Positions 39,537 to 49,743 of a stretch of 64,000 nucleotides of DNA are shown in pieces. This DNA comes from Candidatus Melainabacteria bacterium 17Bon1m (GTDB lineage Bacteria > Cyanobacteriota > Vampirovibrionia > Obscuribacterales > Obscuribacteraceae). Numbering within the stretch: position 1 is the first letter of the stretch; the number at the start of each line of letters is the position of its first letter. The notes beneath the pieces are model-generated. The model saw nothing but the letters and a program-made list of their open reading frames with translations, did no database searches and was not told the DNA's origin. The stretch is from contig JAVLKG010000003.1 of NCBI GenBank assembly GCA_032128875.1, forward strand, positions 1-64,000, in the 5' to 3' direction. The translations under genes and the position numbers were made by a program.

Positions 39537-41630
39537 CTACAATTTCTCGTACCAATCGCGCACGGCTTGTTTCCATCCGTGCTTACGCAAGATGCTTTCA
39601 ACCTCTTCTGTCACGAGGCTCTTGTATGGTTTGATATAACGCAGGCTCTTGTTTGAAATCAAATTTTCGATGCCTTTGTCGGTGAAGCGAGTGTACGAGA
39701 GATCGACTCTCTCAAGCGACATGTTCTGCAGGACCAGCGATGACTTGTCGCTTACGTCTGTACCTGCAAGGATAAGCGTTTTCAATTTTGGAAGGTGTGC
39801 CAATTCGCTGAGAAACTCTTGCTTGAAGCCAGCGGACCCAGTGATATCGATGGTTTCCAATGTCGATATTTGCGCAAGAAGTTTGAGATCGTCGTCGCTC
39901 ACCTGTGTGTTGCGCATACGTATGGTTGTTACGCCGTCCTGTTCCAGGCTTTTGACTGTTTCCGCGCTGAGATTATCTATGTGATCTGTATTTCCATTTG
40001 CCAAAGTTGCAATCATAAGGTGTGTAGCTGTTTTGGGAACCGGCGCAGCAACTACGGGTTCTTTCTTTGGCTTAGGTGTGATTTGCAAAGGATCATAGAC
40101 GAGGAGTGCCGCCGAAAGTGCTAATAAACCTCCACCCACTACAATCAAAACCGGCATCATCTCAGCGATTGTCTTGCCCAGCCCGTCCTTTGCGCTGATG
40201 GTGTTTCCTTGTCCGAGCCCGGCAATTTCAATACCAGCGTCTTTGTTGCCTGAAGGTTTGAAACCGGACAAAAGGCGCTCCAGGTCCCGTTTGATTGCTT
40301 CCATTGATTGATAGCGATCAGAAGGTTCTCTTTGAATGCACGCTTGTATTATGTGTCGAAGCCGAGCCATGCACTTTTGTTCGTGCGAATCTTCAAATGA
40401 GTTTGAGTTCTTTGCTGCTTCTGCATACGAATGAACTATAGTTTGTGCATCGAAATCTAATGTTAGTCCGTTGATGTGCAGCATTAGTGTCTCGACAACG
40501 CTGCCACTTTTGGCTGCCGGTTGTCCAATCACCATCTCATACATCAAACATCCGAATGAATAGATATCGCTTCGATGGTCGAGTTTTTGCCCTCTGCACT
40601 GTTCTGGGCTCATGTAAAAAGGACTGCCGAAGATTTCGCCTGTTTGAGTCAACGCCTTTTCCTTGTCTTCTGGTTCACTCAATTTTGCGATTCCAAAGTC
40701 CACAAGTTTGACCATCTCACGCCCGTTTTCATCTCTTACGACAATGGCGTTGTTTGGTTTTAAATCTCTGTGAATAACACCTTTCTCGTGAGCATGTTTG
40801 AGTGCATCGGACATTTGCAAGAACAAAAATGCAGCTCGTGATGGCTTCATTGGACCATCTTGCTCAAGGATTTCGAAAAGATTTTTCCCTTCCAAATAAT
40901 CCATGATCAAATAAGGTTGTTTATTCTCGTCAACACCAAACTCGTGAACATCCACTATGTTTGGATGCTTCAAGCGGCTCACTGAGCGCGCTTCCTGCTG
41001 AAAGCGTTGAACTGTTTTTGCGTCGGGAATTCGGTCGGGTGAAAGAACTTTCACTGCTGCTATTCGTTCCATAAACTGATGGCGTGCTTTGTAAACCACG
41101 CTCGTTCCGCCTTCTCCGAGGCAGCTGATTACTTCGTAGTGGCGCGCAACAATCTGCCCGGGTGCTTTGGGAGCGCTGTCGAAGGTTACTTCATCTGCTT
41201 GATTGTCTGATGTAGGGGCAGCTTTCCCTTCGCTTGTTGCTTCGAATGGTTTTTCATTAAGCTCTACTGTTTGAACAGTTTCGTTGGTCGGATCCGCCTC
41301 GGTAATCGGACTGTGTGCGGTAAGCAGACTGGGCGAGGTAACCAGAGCAGGCGCGTTAATCTGATCAGGCGTGGGGGAAGAACAGTTACAGCTGTCCTGG
41401 CGAAACACCCATTGGGTGAGCGAACCCGTACTGCGCTTCAAATGACGTCCGCATTTTTGGCAGAGCGCGTCTTTGGTGTCTTGAAGGGCAGGCTTTTCTC
41501 CGCTGGTTCGCTGTGCCTTTATGATTTCGCAGCGGCAGGTGTCGGTGAGCCCAATCCACTGTGTGAGCGAACCTTTTTTCGGTTGGATTTTGCCACAGGA
41601 TGCGCAGATTTCGTCAACTGCCTTGACCAT
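39537..41630 (-). CDS. Hanks-type Ser/Thr kinase with N-terminal Cys repeats, TM and C-terminal LRR
   Basis: GEGG, AVK, HRDLKP, DFG, GSPFYMSPE; LRR-like tail; AAGGA RBS before ATG 41630. Confidence 0.93.
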   Translation of the reverse strand: MVKAVDEICASCGKIQPKKGSLTQWIGLTDTCRCEIIKAQRTSGEKPALQDTKDALCQKCGRHLKRSTGSLTQWVFRQDSCNCSSPTPDQINAPALVTSPSLLTAHSPITEADPTNETVQTVELNEKPFEATSEGKAAPTSDNQADEVTFDSAPKAPGQIVARHYEVISCLGEGGTSVVYKARHQFMERIAAVKVLSPDRIPDAKTVQRFQQEARSVSRLKHPNIVDVHEFGVDENKQPYLIMDYLEGKNLFEILEQDGPMKPSRAAFLFLQMSDALKHAHEKGVIHRDLKPNNAIVVRDENGREMVKLVDFGIAKLSEPEDKEKALTQTGEIFGSPFYMSPEQCRGQKLDHRSDIYSFGCLMYEMVIGQPAAKSGSVVETLMLHINGLTLDFDAQTIVHSYAEAAKNSNSFEDSHEQKCMARLRHIIQACIQREPSDRYQSMEAIKRDLERLLSGFKPSGNKDAGIEIAGLGQGNTISAKDGLGKTIAEMMPVLIVVGGGLLALSAALLVYDPLQITPKPKKEPVVAAPVPKTATHLMIATLANGNTDHIDNLSAETVKSLEQDGVTTIRMRNTQVSDDDLKLLAQISTLETIDITGSAGFKQEFLSELAHLPKLKTLILAGTDVSDKSSLVLQNMSLERVDLSYTRFTDKGIENLISNKSLRYIKPYKSLVTEEVESILRKHGWKQAVRDWYEKL

Positions 41631-43503
41631 TTTTCTGTCCTTGGGGCACAGCATTGGCGTCTTTGGAGTCTTTCTTCTCGTTTTTGCCCTTTTTGTCCTT
41701 TTCTTTGGCCCACTTCGCCACACTATCCGCGGCGCGCCCGACAAGTTTGCTCGATAAGACTACATCTTCCTTTGCTGCTTCGACCCAGTTATTGTTCTCC
41801 ACAAGTGCATTTAAATAATAGCTGTGCAGATCAACATCTGAGGGATTAAGTTCGACAGCCTTGGCATATTCCGCAACTGTGTCCTTTACATTGCGAGTTT
41901 CCAACAGCATGTCCGCGAGAACTGTACGTTCGTTTGCTTCGAGCTCTTTCTTTGAGGTCGATGTAAAACTGATGCGATTTGGACGCAGAACAAGAATCGT
42001 CAGCCACGGTGGAAGCTGCGGAATGAATTTGAGCTTGTTGTACTCGCGCGCTTCTTTTATTGCAGTTGTCCTGTCATTGGCTATGTATGCAAGGGTGCCC
42101 AATCCGGCGTGCGCCGCTGCGGCTTCATTTTTCCAAACGATGTTCAAAGTCTCTTCCGCTGGTATCAATGCAAGAGCTTGTTCGTATGCAGCTTTTGAGT
42201 CAGGATAGTCTTTCAATTCTCGTGCAATTTGTCCGCGTTTTATCCATAGTTGAATATTCTTCGGGCAATCATTTAGTTTTCTCTTGCAGACGGCTAGCGC
42301 TTCTTTGAGATTGCCTTCGCAGTGGTAGGAAGATACAAGCTCGGTCGCAGTGCCGCCACTTGTTGGGTTGAGTTTTTCTGCAACCAAAAGCTCCTTTCTC
42401 GCACCGGCATTATCACCACGACAGCGCAACAGTCTTCCATTTGCAAGATATGGATGCCAGCTCCATGGTTTGAGTGCCTTCAGCCTTTCAAGGCACTTCT
42501 CCGCGTCCTTCGGCTGACCGTGAGCTTGCAACGCATTAGCCAATTGCGTCATCGAACGATTAGTCAGGCGTTTTTTTTGTACGGCTTCGATGGCGACTTG
42601 AAACGACTCATCCGCTTTATTCGGCATGGCGCAGAGTGCTTGGGCTCTCCCGGTCATCCAAGCGATGTCGTCCGGAAGCATTTTTGCTGCGCGGTTAAAA
42701 TGCTCTTCTGCATCAGCGGGCTTCATTGAGGCCAAACCCATGCTTCCGTAAGCCATCTCGCTTTCATAGGGACTCTCTGCCGCTTTCGCGGACGCCTCGA
42801 ACAGCGATGCAACTTGTTGTTCGATGCCTTGTCGAATGCGAGTTTGAGCAATCAAGCGCAATGTGATGTAGAGGAGCGGATCATCTTTTTGCTTGCGCGC
42901 GCGCTCGAGATAAGCATTGCACTCCTCATAGTCCTCGGTGAACATCGCATAATTAGCCAGTGCTCGCAATACGGTCGGATCTTCCGTCTTCAATCTACTC
43001 AGCTCGTCTCGCAACTTCTTCGCTTCTGCGAATTGTCCCGTTGGAACAAGCGATTCAAGAAGAAATGATTTGTTGGTCGTATCATCCGGATCGTACTTGC
43101 GCGACATTTTATAGAGCGCGCACGCCACTTGATCGCTCTCGTCGAGTTTGAATGACCGACCTATCAATGTTAGTAAACGCGCAACATTCTGGCGGTTTTC
43201 TTTCTTGCTCAAGTCCTGTTTTGCCGCTTTTATCAGCGCTCTTGTGTAAATGCCAATGGCTAGATCCGGGCGGTATTTTTGCAAAAAGAGAAGGGCTTTA
43301 TCCGCTTGTGACTTTGGTTTGCGATTGAAAAACTCGTCTGCGCGCTTTTGCACTTCAGCTCGCTCGACTTCCAGTTTGTTGGGAAGCGAGGTATTTGCGA
43401 AACTTGCAACAAGGCAAAACTGGTTTGCAATGAGAAGCGAAGTCGCGACCATTGACCAATGGCGGCGCGATGATTTTGCAGTGGCGAATCTGGCGCTTTT
43501 CAC
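41614..43503 (-). CDS. Secreted TPR repeat protein
   Basis: Signal-like N-terminus, TPR-like helical repeats; overlaps the kinase start. Confidence 0.82.
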   Translation of the reverse strand: MKSARFATAKSSRRHWSMVATSLLIANQFCLVASFANTSLPNKLEVERAEVQKRADEFFNRKPKSQADKALLFLQKYRPDLAIGIYTRALIKAAKQDLSKKENRQNVARLLTLIGRSFKLDESDQVACALYKMSRKYDPDDTTNKSFLLESLVPTGQFAEAKKLRDELSRLKTEDPTVLRALANYAMFTEDYEECNAYLERARKQKDDPLLYITLRLIAQTRIRQGIEQQVASLFEASAKAAESPYESEMAYGSMGLASMKPADAEEHFNRAAKMLPDDIAWMTGRAQALCAMPNKADESFQVAIEAVQKKRLTNRSMTQLANALQAHGQPKDAEKCLERLKALKPWSWHPYLANGRLLRCRGDNAGARKELLVAEKLNPTSGGTATELVSSYHCEGNLKEALAVCKRKLNDCPKNIQLWIKRGQIARELKDYPDSKAAYEQALALIPAEETLNIVWKNEAAAAHAGLGTLAYIANDRTTAIKEAREYNKLKFIPQLPPWLTILVLRPNRISFTSTSKKELEANERTVLADMLLETRNVKDTVAEYAKAVELNPSDVDLHSYYLNALVENNNWVEAAKEDVVLSSKLVGRAADSVAKWAKEKDKKGKNEKKDSKDANAVPQGQKNGQGS

Positions 43504-43602
43504 AGCTGGAGAACACCTATGGGATACAAAAATACTCTAACCCGTATTTGTGAAACTAACCTGTAATCGAAAGGTTGGAGTTAGCCGGTTGTTAAGCTGT
43601 CT

Positions 43603-44079
43603 CTATTTATCTTGCTGATCGCCTCGCTGGCGAAAGAAATCCGTGAGCAGTTCTTTGCATTCGGCTTCCTTAATTCCGCCGATCACCTCTGGCATGGGAA
43701 ATGGTCGCCCTTCCACGAATAGATTGAACGCGGACCCGCAGGCGCCGCCTCTGGGGTCGTAGGCTCCAAAAAAAATTTGGGACACGCGTGATTGAATCAA
43801 TGCCTCTGCGCACATTGGGCAAGGCTCGAGGGTGACATAGATTTGGGCGCCGGTCATGCGCCAATTGTTCAAAACTTTGGCAGCATTGCGCAGAGCGACA
43901 ATCTCGGCGTGCCCTGAGGGGTCCAGGGCGCGTTCCCTCTCATTTACCCCCACGCCTATGACGGAACCGTTGTGGACGATTACAGCACCCACAGGGACGT
44001 CTTCTCCGGACTTTCTGGCTTGTTCGAGCGCCAGGTCCATATAGAAGTAAGGGTCACGGTGTTGTTGGCTATCCGGCAT
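43603..44079 (-). CDS. tadA: tRNA adenosine(34) deaminase
   Basis: DVPVGAV, HAE, TLEPCPMC, FGAYDP, FF.QR; likely start ATG 44079. Confidence 0.9.
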   Translation of the reverse strand: MPDSQQHRDPYFYMDLALEQARKSGEDVPVGAVIVHNGSVIGVGVNERERALDPSGHAEIVALRNAAKVLNNWRMTGAQIYVTLEPCPMCAEALIQSRVSQIFFGAYDPRGGACGSAFNLFVEGRPFPMPEVIGGIKEAECKELLTDFFRQRGDQQDK

Positions 44080-44467
44080 AGAAATATTAAACGCGGCTAA
44101 TTTTTGGAAAAGGTGTCCAGGAAATTTTGGAGCCGTATAGATGCGTATGTCAAACGATGGAGGATGGTTCGAAAAACAAAAGTTCAGCCGAAGGGGTGTC
44201 GGCGTTCTGAGTTCAAGAATCGAGAATCTTATGAAACTCAAACTCCATGGAATGACAACCTGATTGGGGTGATCAGGTCGCTGCGTTTAGTCGAAACCGA
44301 TTCATTAGGGGGTAAATGCTACTAAGCAAATCAATCAACTTTTAAATCGATAGCGGCTAGCAATCTGCTTTCTAGAGGGACTGAGTGATCGGTCCCTCAA
44401 ACACTTTTTGGGGCTTTCGAAGGTCTTGTGTTGTCGAATGTCACAGGCTAAAAATGGGTTATACCAG

Positions 44468-44638
44468 GTACAGCGAAATTCTCGAGTTTTTCGCTGCACA
44501 TGAGTCAATTCAAAACGCCAATAGGATGGGGTTTTGAAGAGAGCCCTTTTTGAATAAACCGGGGCGTGTTCCGAAAGCCTCTGGAATTGGCATTTTAAGA
44601 TGCATGGCTACAGCGAAATTCTCGAGAATTTCGCTGTA
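44468..44638. repeat. Two copies of a 30-bp palindrome, 140 bp apart
   Basis: tacagcgaaattctcgagaatttcgctgta (perfect, 44609-44638) and an imperfect copy at 44469-44498. Confidence 0.85.
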
Positions 44639-44723
44639 CTTGATCGAGCGCGATTCTCGTTTGGTCCAAGCAAAAATTCTTACCCGAAAGAATCCTTTGC
44701 CTCGTCAATTTGATTACTCTCGA

Positions 44724-45692
44724 TTACAAATACTTTTTCGAAACGCCCAGCTCAAGCGCGAACTTGTAGCCGATGAGTTTGTAGAGCAACTTCGCAACGA
44801 GGAAGTCTGGTCCGTGCAGTTTCGGAATCGGCGAGAGTTCGACGATGTCGGCGCCGACGACGTTTTTGCGAACGCAAACTGTCTTGATCAAATCCATCAA
44901 TTGGTACCAGTCCATGCCGCCCGGCTCTGGTGTTCCGGTCGAAGGCATGATTGAAGCATCCAATCCGTCCACGTCAATAGTGAGGTAGACGTTGTCAGAA
45001 AGCGTGTTGACGATTTCCTGGAAGTTCCAAGTCTTTTGTTGGCGAGCCCAGAAGATTTTGACGTTAGGCTGTTCTTGCTCCATCCACTCAACTTCTTCGG
45101 CGCTGATGTTGCGAACGCCGACGTTGGTCAATGCCGGTTTTGGCAGCATTTTGTAGAGGTGGTAGCTGACGGAAGCATGGCTGTAGGCGTTGCCGTCATA
45201 GGATTTGCGCATGTCGGCGTGGGCGTCGACTTGCAGAATTGAAAGATCTGGATAGCGCTCCATGCAGGCTCTGACTGGCCCGATGGAGAGGGCGTGTTCG
45301 CCGCCGAGTACGATAGGGAATTTGCCGCGCGACAGTTGAGCTTTGACAGCGTCGGTCAATTCTTGGAACGGAGCTTCTGTTTCGCTCACAACCGGTGCCA
45401 TTTTGACTTCGTTAGCAGAATGAATGCCGACCCGGTAGGGCTCGACCCACAATTCGTCATCGAAAAGCTCGACTTGTTGGCTCGCGTCCAAAATTGCCTT
45501 TGGACCGTTCTTGGTGCCGCGACCGTAACTGGTCGTGTTTTCATAGGGCGCCGGAATGATAACCGCTTGGGACGTTTCCTCATTCGAATGCTCTTCGGGA
45601 AGTCCGAAGAAGCTGAGCTGCGTTGTTTTTTTGGTTTTTGCTGCTACTGCCAAGATTCGCGCCTCGCTAACTGTGAGCCGTGTTGCCAACAA
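44724..45692 (-). CDS. speB: Agmatinase
   Basis: GGEH, DAHAD, SHAS, DVDGLD, TGTPEPGG; true start may be slightly downstream. Confidence 0.92.
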   Translation of the reverse strand: MLATRLTVSEARILAVAAKTKKTTQLSFFGLPEEHSNEETSQAVIIPAPYENTTSYGRGTKNGPKAILDASQQVELFDDELWVEPYRVGIHSANEVKMAPVVSETEAPFQELTDAVKAQLSRGKFPIVLGGEHALSIGPVRACMERYPDLSILQVDAHADMRKSYDGNAYSHASVSYHLYKMLPKPALTNVGVRNISAEEVEWMEQEQPNVKIFWARQQKTWNFQEIVNTLSDNVYLTIDVDGLDASIMPSTGTPEPGGMDWYQLMDLIKTVCVRKNVVGADIVELSPIPKLHGPDFLVAKLLYKLIGYKFALELGVSKKYL

Positions 45693-45891
45693 CCGTTGCC
45701 GGTTATTGCCCCAGAATTCAGGTTTTATAGCACCTCAGGTATATATAGGGCAATTAAAGGTCAAGAGGAGGTTCAAATAGTGTCTTGATTCTAAATTCGG
45801 GACTTTTCGCCATGCGTTTTTCTAGCGTTTTCACTGGTGCAATTCATGCAATTCTCGGAAACAATGGTTAAGCCTAGGCGGAGGTCTTCTT

Positions 45892-46794
45892 GTGAAAATC
45901 TCAAAAGGAGCGGTACATCTGTCATCCTTTATCAGCATTGTTATCGTACAAACAGCTTTCGCAATCCCTGTGGGAGTAACGCAGACCAGTGAGCTGTGTC
46001 AGACTGCAGACGTGATTGTTGCAGCTAGGTGCGATCATACGGTAAGTAAAATGCGAGCGTCTCATTTGGGTGGAAAGGCTGATGATACGGTCTATTTGAC
46101 TGTCGAGAGAACGCTTAAAAATAACACCGGCAAGGCGCTTTCCACTAAGCTCAATTTCTGGAGTGGTCAGTGCGCTGATATCTCAGCTTCCAAGTCCGTC
46201 GATTTTCGAGGAATATATTTTCTTCGACGCGACAAGAACTCGAAATTGTTTCCCGTTGATGAGCAGCACATTGCACTTCCTCTCTCTCCCTTGAGCGAAT
46301 GTAATTTTGCCAGTGGCGCTCCGCCAATGGCAGTCGTTGCCGATGAGCTGGCCAAGACTATTGGGACGCCGGCGGAGAAGTTCAATACTTTGAAGCAATC
46401 GATTGGGCAATCTGAAGATAGCTATCATGTGAAGACGGATTTGGACCAGGCGTCCACGGTTTATACGCTTGCTATTGATGCGATTTCGAATTTACCACCG
46501 CGTTACGCTGTTCCGTCTCTTTTGAAGGTATTCGCCTCGAATAATCAAAGATGCCGGATTTCGGCATTGAATGCGCTTCTACAACTGAAGGAGTTTGACA
46601 AACTGACTGCCCTTGAGCCGATTTTGATGAATCCGCCGAAAAGTATCTATGATGATGTCGGTTTGATGTCGTATCACATGAATACAGACGATCCGAAGTA
46701 CAAGCCGATAATGATGCGTTTAGCCGGGTCTAAGGATAAGCGTATAAGTAATGCTGCGAGGGAAAACCTCAGGTTTATGGCAGAGAATCGCTAG
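45892..46794 (+). CDS. Secreted hypothetical protein with HEAT-like C-terminus
   Basis: GGAGG RBS, signal peptide, helical repeats. Confidence 0.7.
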   Translation: MKISKGAVHLSSFISIVIVQTAFAIPVGVTQTSELCQTADVIVAARCDHTVSKMRASHLGGKADDTVYLTVERTLKNNTGKALSTKLNFWSGQCADISASKSVDFRGIYFLRRDKNSKLFPVDEQHIALPLSPLSECNFASGAPPMAVVADELAKTIGTPAEKFNTLKQSIGQSEDSYHVKTDLDQASTVYTLAIDAISNLPPRYAVPSLLKVFASNNQRCRISALNALLQLKEFDKLTALEPILMNPPKSIYDDVGLMSYHMNTDDPKYKPIMMRLAGSKDKRISNAARENLRFMAENR

Positions 46795-46909
46795 AGCCTG
46801 TGCGGCTGAATTTGAAAGCAAGAGTCGGAGTGTCGATTCTCGCTGGGCTTTGTACATTGAATGCATCGCCGGCGATTTGGCTTGAAACTTCAGAAAAAAG
46901 GCTAGGATA

Positions 46910-48007
46910 ATGAGCGTAATTCAGATGAGCAGAGAAAATAGGTCGATGCCGACCGGTAAATCAGGAATTGAGAACGATAAGCGGTATCAAGCAATTGTCT
47001 CCCGCGATAAGAAGGCGGACGGAAGTTTTTACTATTCCGTGAAAACAACTGGAGTGTATTGCAGACCTTCATGTGCTGCGCGTTTAGCGCGACCGGAGAA
47101 CGTTGCCTTTCACGATACAACAAAGGATGCGCGAGAGGCTGGTTTTCGCCCTTGTAAGCGCTGTAAACCAGATGAAGTCTCGCTTTCTGAGCGCCACAAG
47201 GAAACTATTTCCGCAGTCTGCCGAATGATTGAAAGCGCGGAGGAAGAACCGACGCTTCAGGAATTAGCTGACAGTGCGGGCATGAGCACCTATCATTTTC
47301 ACAGATTGTTTAAATCGATTACGGGTTTGACTCCCAAGGCATATGCACAAGCGCATCGCGCCAAGCGAATGCGCAAGGAATTGGAGCGCGGAAGCAGTGT
47401 GACCGAAGCCATTTTTGAAGCGGGATTCAATTCCAGTAGCCGCTTTTACGAAAAGGCGAACGGTGTTCTAGGTATGACGCCGACTGACTTTCGCCAGGGC
47501 GGCGCAAGTGTGGAAATTCGTTTTGCTGTTGCAGAATGTTCGTTAGGTTCGATTCTTGTTGCTCAGAGTGACCGTGGAATTTGTGCGATTTTACTGGGGG
47601 ACGACCCCGATGAATTGGCACGGGATATGCAAGATCGCTTTCCCAATGCCAATTTCAAAGGTGGCGACAAGGAGTTTGAAAAGCTCGTGGCTAAGGTAAT
47701 TAGTTTTGTCGAAACACCCGGAATCGGACTGGACCTGCCATTGGATGTGCGCGGAACCGCATTCCAGCAGCGTGTCTGGCAAGCACTCCGCAAAGTTCCT
47801 GCAGGAAAAACTGTGAGTTACTCGGAATTGGCTGAGCGTATCGGGTCGCCGAAAGCGGTTCGTGCGGTGGCTGGAGCATGTGCAGCAAACAAGATTGCGG
47901 TTGCGATTCCTTGCCATCGCGTCGTTCGTAATGACGGTGACATTTCGGGCTACCGCTGGGGCGTTGAGCGTAAGCGCACATTGTTGAAACGGGAGGCAAA
48001 CGCATGA
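46910..48007 (+). CDS. ada: Bifunctional regulator / O6-methylguanine-DNA methyltransferase Ada
   Basis: CRPSC, RPCKRC, AraC-type HTH, PCHRV. Confidence 0.96.
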   Translation: MSVIQMSRENRSMPTGKSGIENDKRYQAIVSRDKKADGSFYYSVKTTGVYCRPSCAARLARPENVAFHDTTKDAREAGFRPCKRCKPDEVSLSERHKETISAVCRMIESAEEEPTLQELADSAGMSTYHFHRLFKSITGLTPKAYAQAHRAKRMRKELERGSSVTEAIFEAGFNSSSRFYEKANGVLGMTPTDFRQGGASVEIRFAVAECSLGSILVAQSDRGICAILLGDDPDELARDMQDRFPNANFKGGDKEFEKLVAKVISFVETPGIGLDLPLDVRGTAFQQRVWQALRKVPAGKTVSYSELAERIGSPKAVRAVAGACAANKIAVAIPCHRVVRNDGDISGYRWGVERKRTLLKREANA

Positions 48008-48759
48008 AGACTATGAATAAATCAGCCTCTGCAGATACTGGGAAACTCATGGAACAGATTGCCAATCGGGTTCAGAGTTCGGATTGGGATGGAGTTGCAG
48101 AGTCACTCAATACTGAAGGTTATGCGATGGTTCCAGGCCTTCTGACCCAGGAGGAGTGTCGCGGTATTGCAGGCTTCTATTCCCAGGATGAAATCTTCCG
48201 CAGCCGCGTAGTCATGGCTCGACATGGCTTTGGCAGGGGCGAATACAAATACTTTTCGTACCCGCTGCCGGATGTGGTTCAAGTTTTAAGAACTGCTGTT
48301 TATCCTCGTCTTGCTCCAATTGCGAATCGCTGGAATGAGGCAATGAACATCTCGGTTCGTTATCCCGATCAGCATGAAGAGTTTCTCTCCCGCTGCCATG
48401 AAGCTGGGCAAACGCGACCAACTCCGCTACTGCTGCAATACGAAAAGGGCGACTACAACTGCCTACACCAAGATCTCTATGGTGAGCATGTCTTTCCTTT
48501 GCAGTTGGCAATTTTACTTTCTGAACCGGGAAAGGATTTTACAGGTGGTGAATTTGTCATGACGGAGCAGCGTCCCCGCATGCAATCACGTCCAATGGTT
48601 GTGCCGCTCAGGCGGGGCGATGCCGTGATTTTTGCGGTACACAATCGTCCAGTTAGAGGAACGAAGGGCACTTATCGAGTCAACCTGAGGCATGGCGTAA
48701 GTCGCCTGCTTAGCGGACATCGGCATACACTTGGAATAATCTTCCACGACGCGACATAA
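48004..48759 (+). CDS. 2OG-Fe(II) oxygenase (DUF2086-like)
   Basis: HQD...H...R facial triad; GFGRGEYKYF; overlaps the ada stop codon. Confidence 0.88.
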   Translation: MKTMNKSASADTGKLMEQIANRVQSSDWDGVAESLNTEGYAMVPGLLTQEECRGIAGFYSQDEIFRSRVVMARHGFGRGEYKYFSYPLPDVVQVLRTAVYPRLAPIANRWNEAMNISVRYPDQHEEFLSRCHEAGQTRPTPLLLQYEKGDYNCLHQDLYGEHVFPLQLAILLSEPGKDFTGGEFVMTEQRPRMQSRPMVVPLRRGDAVIFAVHNRPVRGTKGTYRVNLRHGVSRLLSGHRHTLGIIFHDAT

Positions 48760-48865
48760 AAACCGACGGCTTTTGAACTGGAAAATTTTGATTCGGCTGT
48801 CGCAATTAAGTGTCTTCTGTTTTTTACTCGCGATTGCTAGGTTTGTCGTCTTGTACTAATATAAA

Positions 48866-48883
48866 ACTAGTCAGACTAGTCAG
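48866..48883 (+). promoter_or_regulatory. Probable toxin-antitoxin autorepression operator
   Basis: Tandem actagtcag x2 (each with an ACTAGT palindrome) just upstream of the antitoxin. Confidence 0.5.
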
Positions 48884-48891
48884 TATTTATC

Positions 48892-49194
48892 ATGAAAAAA
48901 ACCGAGAAATCACCGAGCAAAAAAGTAATCAGTGCAGTTGTCCGAAAGGTCTGGCAACTGCAGACAGCCAAAGCGCGTTTTAGTGAGGTTTTCCGTTTGG
49001 CACGCTCGGAAGGACCTCAGCTCATAACGAGACAAGGAAAAGATGGCGTGGTTATGTTGCCAGTCGAGCAATATGAGCAGTTGATTCAAGCCAATCAAAA
49101 GCCGTTACTTGAGTTTTTCAGGGAATCTCCATTCGTTGGTTTGGAGCTAGATTTTGAACGAGATGCCGATCTTGGACGAGATGCAGAGCTATGA
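48892..49194 (+). CDS. Phd/YefM family antitoxin
   Basis: WQLQTAKARFSEV...GPQLITRQG. Confidence 0.9.
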   Translation: MKKTEKSPSKKVISAVVRKVWQLQTAKARFSEVFRLARSEGPQLITRQGKDGVVMLPVEQYEQLIQANQKPLLEFFRESPFVGLELDFERDADLGRDAEL

Positions 49195-49610
49195 ACGGCT
49201 ATCTTCTCGATACCAACTGTATTTCAGAGCTGATGCGTGTTTCTCCCGAACCAAAGGTCGTTCGTTGGTTTACATCAGTGAAGGAAGAATCGCTTTATTT
49301 GAGCGTTCTTACTATTGGGGAGATTCGTAAAGGTGTTGCAAATCTTCCTTCGGGAAAGCGCCGCGAGAATCTCGGCCTATGGTTGGACAGTTTGAAACAG
49401 CGTTTTGCCGGTCGTGTTGTACCAATTGATGACTTAGTTGCCGAACAGTGGGGTTTCCTTAGCAGCACTGCAAAGCGAAAAGGCATTTCAATAGGCGTAG
49501 TAGATGGACTAATTGCTGCGACTGCAATTCAATATGATTTCACTGTTGTTTCTCGAAACGTTGATGATTTCTCGCATGTTCCAGTTTTAGTCCTAAATCC
49601 TTGGATCTAG
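49191..49610 (+). CDS. vapC: VapC PIN-domain toxin
   Basis: YLLDTN..SE, GEI..G, DGLIAATA, RNV.DF, NPW; ATGA overlap with the antitoxin. Confidence 0.93.
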   Translation: MNGYLLDTNCISELMRVSPEPKVVRWFTSVKEESLYLSVLTIGEIRKGVANLPSGKRRENLGLWLDSLKQRFAGRVVPIDDLVAEQWGFLSSTAKRKGISIGVVDGLIAATAIQYDFTVVSRNVDDFSHVPVLVLNPWI

Positions 49611-49659
49611 GTCAACCGGTTTTACCTTTTCAACTATTGCAGATAATAGAACGGCGCGC

Positions 49660-49711
49660 AAAAAATGAAGGGGCTGGGTCCGCATTTTCAGTGCAGATTC
49701 CAACCCCTTCA
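49660..49711 (-). terminator. Hairpin terminator of the S41 gene
   Basis: tgaagggg...ccccttca with a T-tract on the minus strand. Confidence 0.65.
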
Positions 49712-49743
49712 ATCGTTTGCTTGAGAATTCTCACCCGCGTCGG

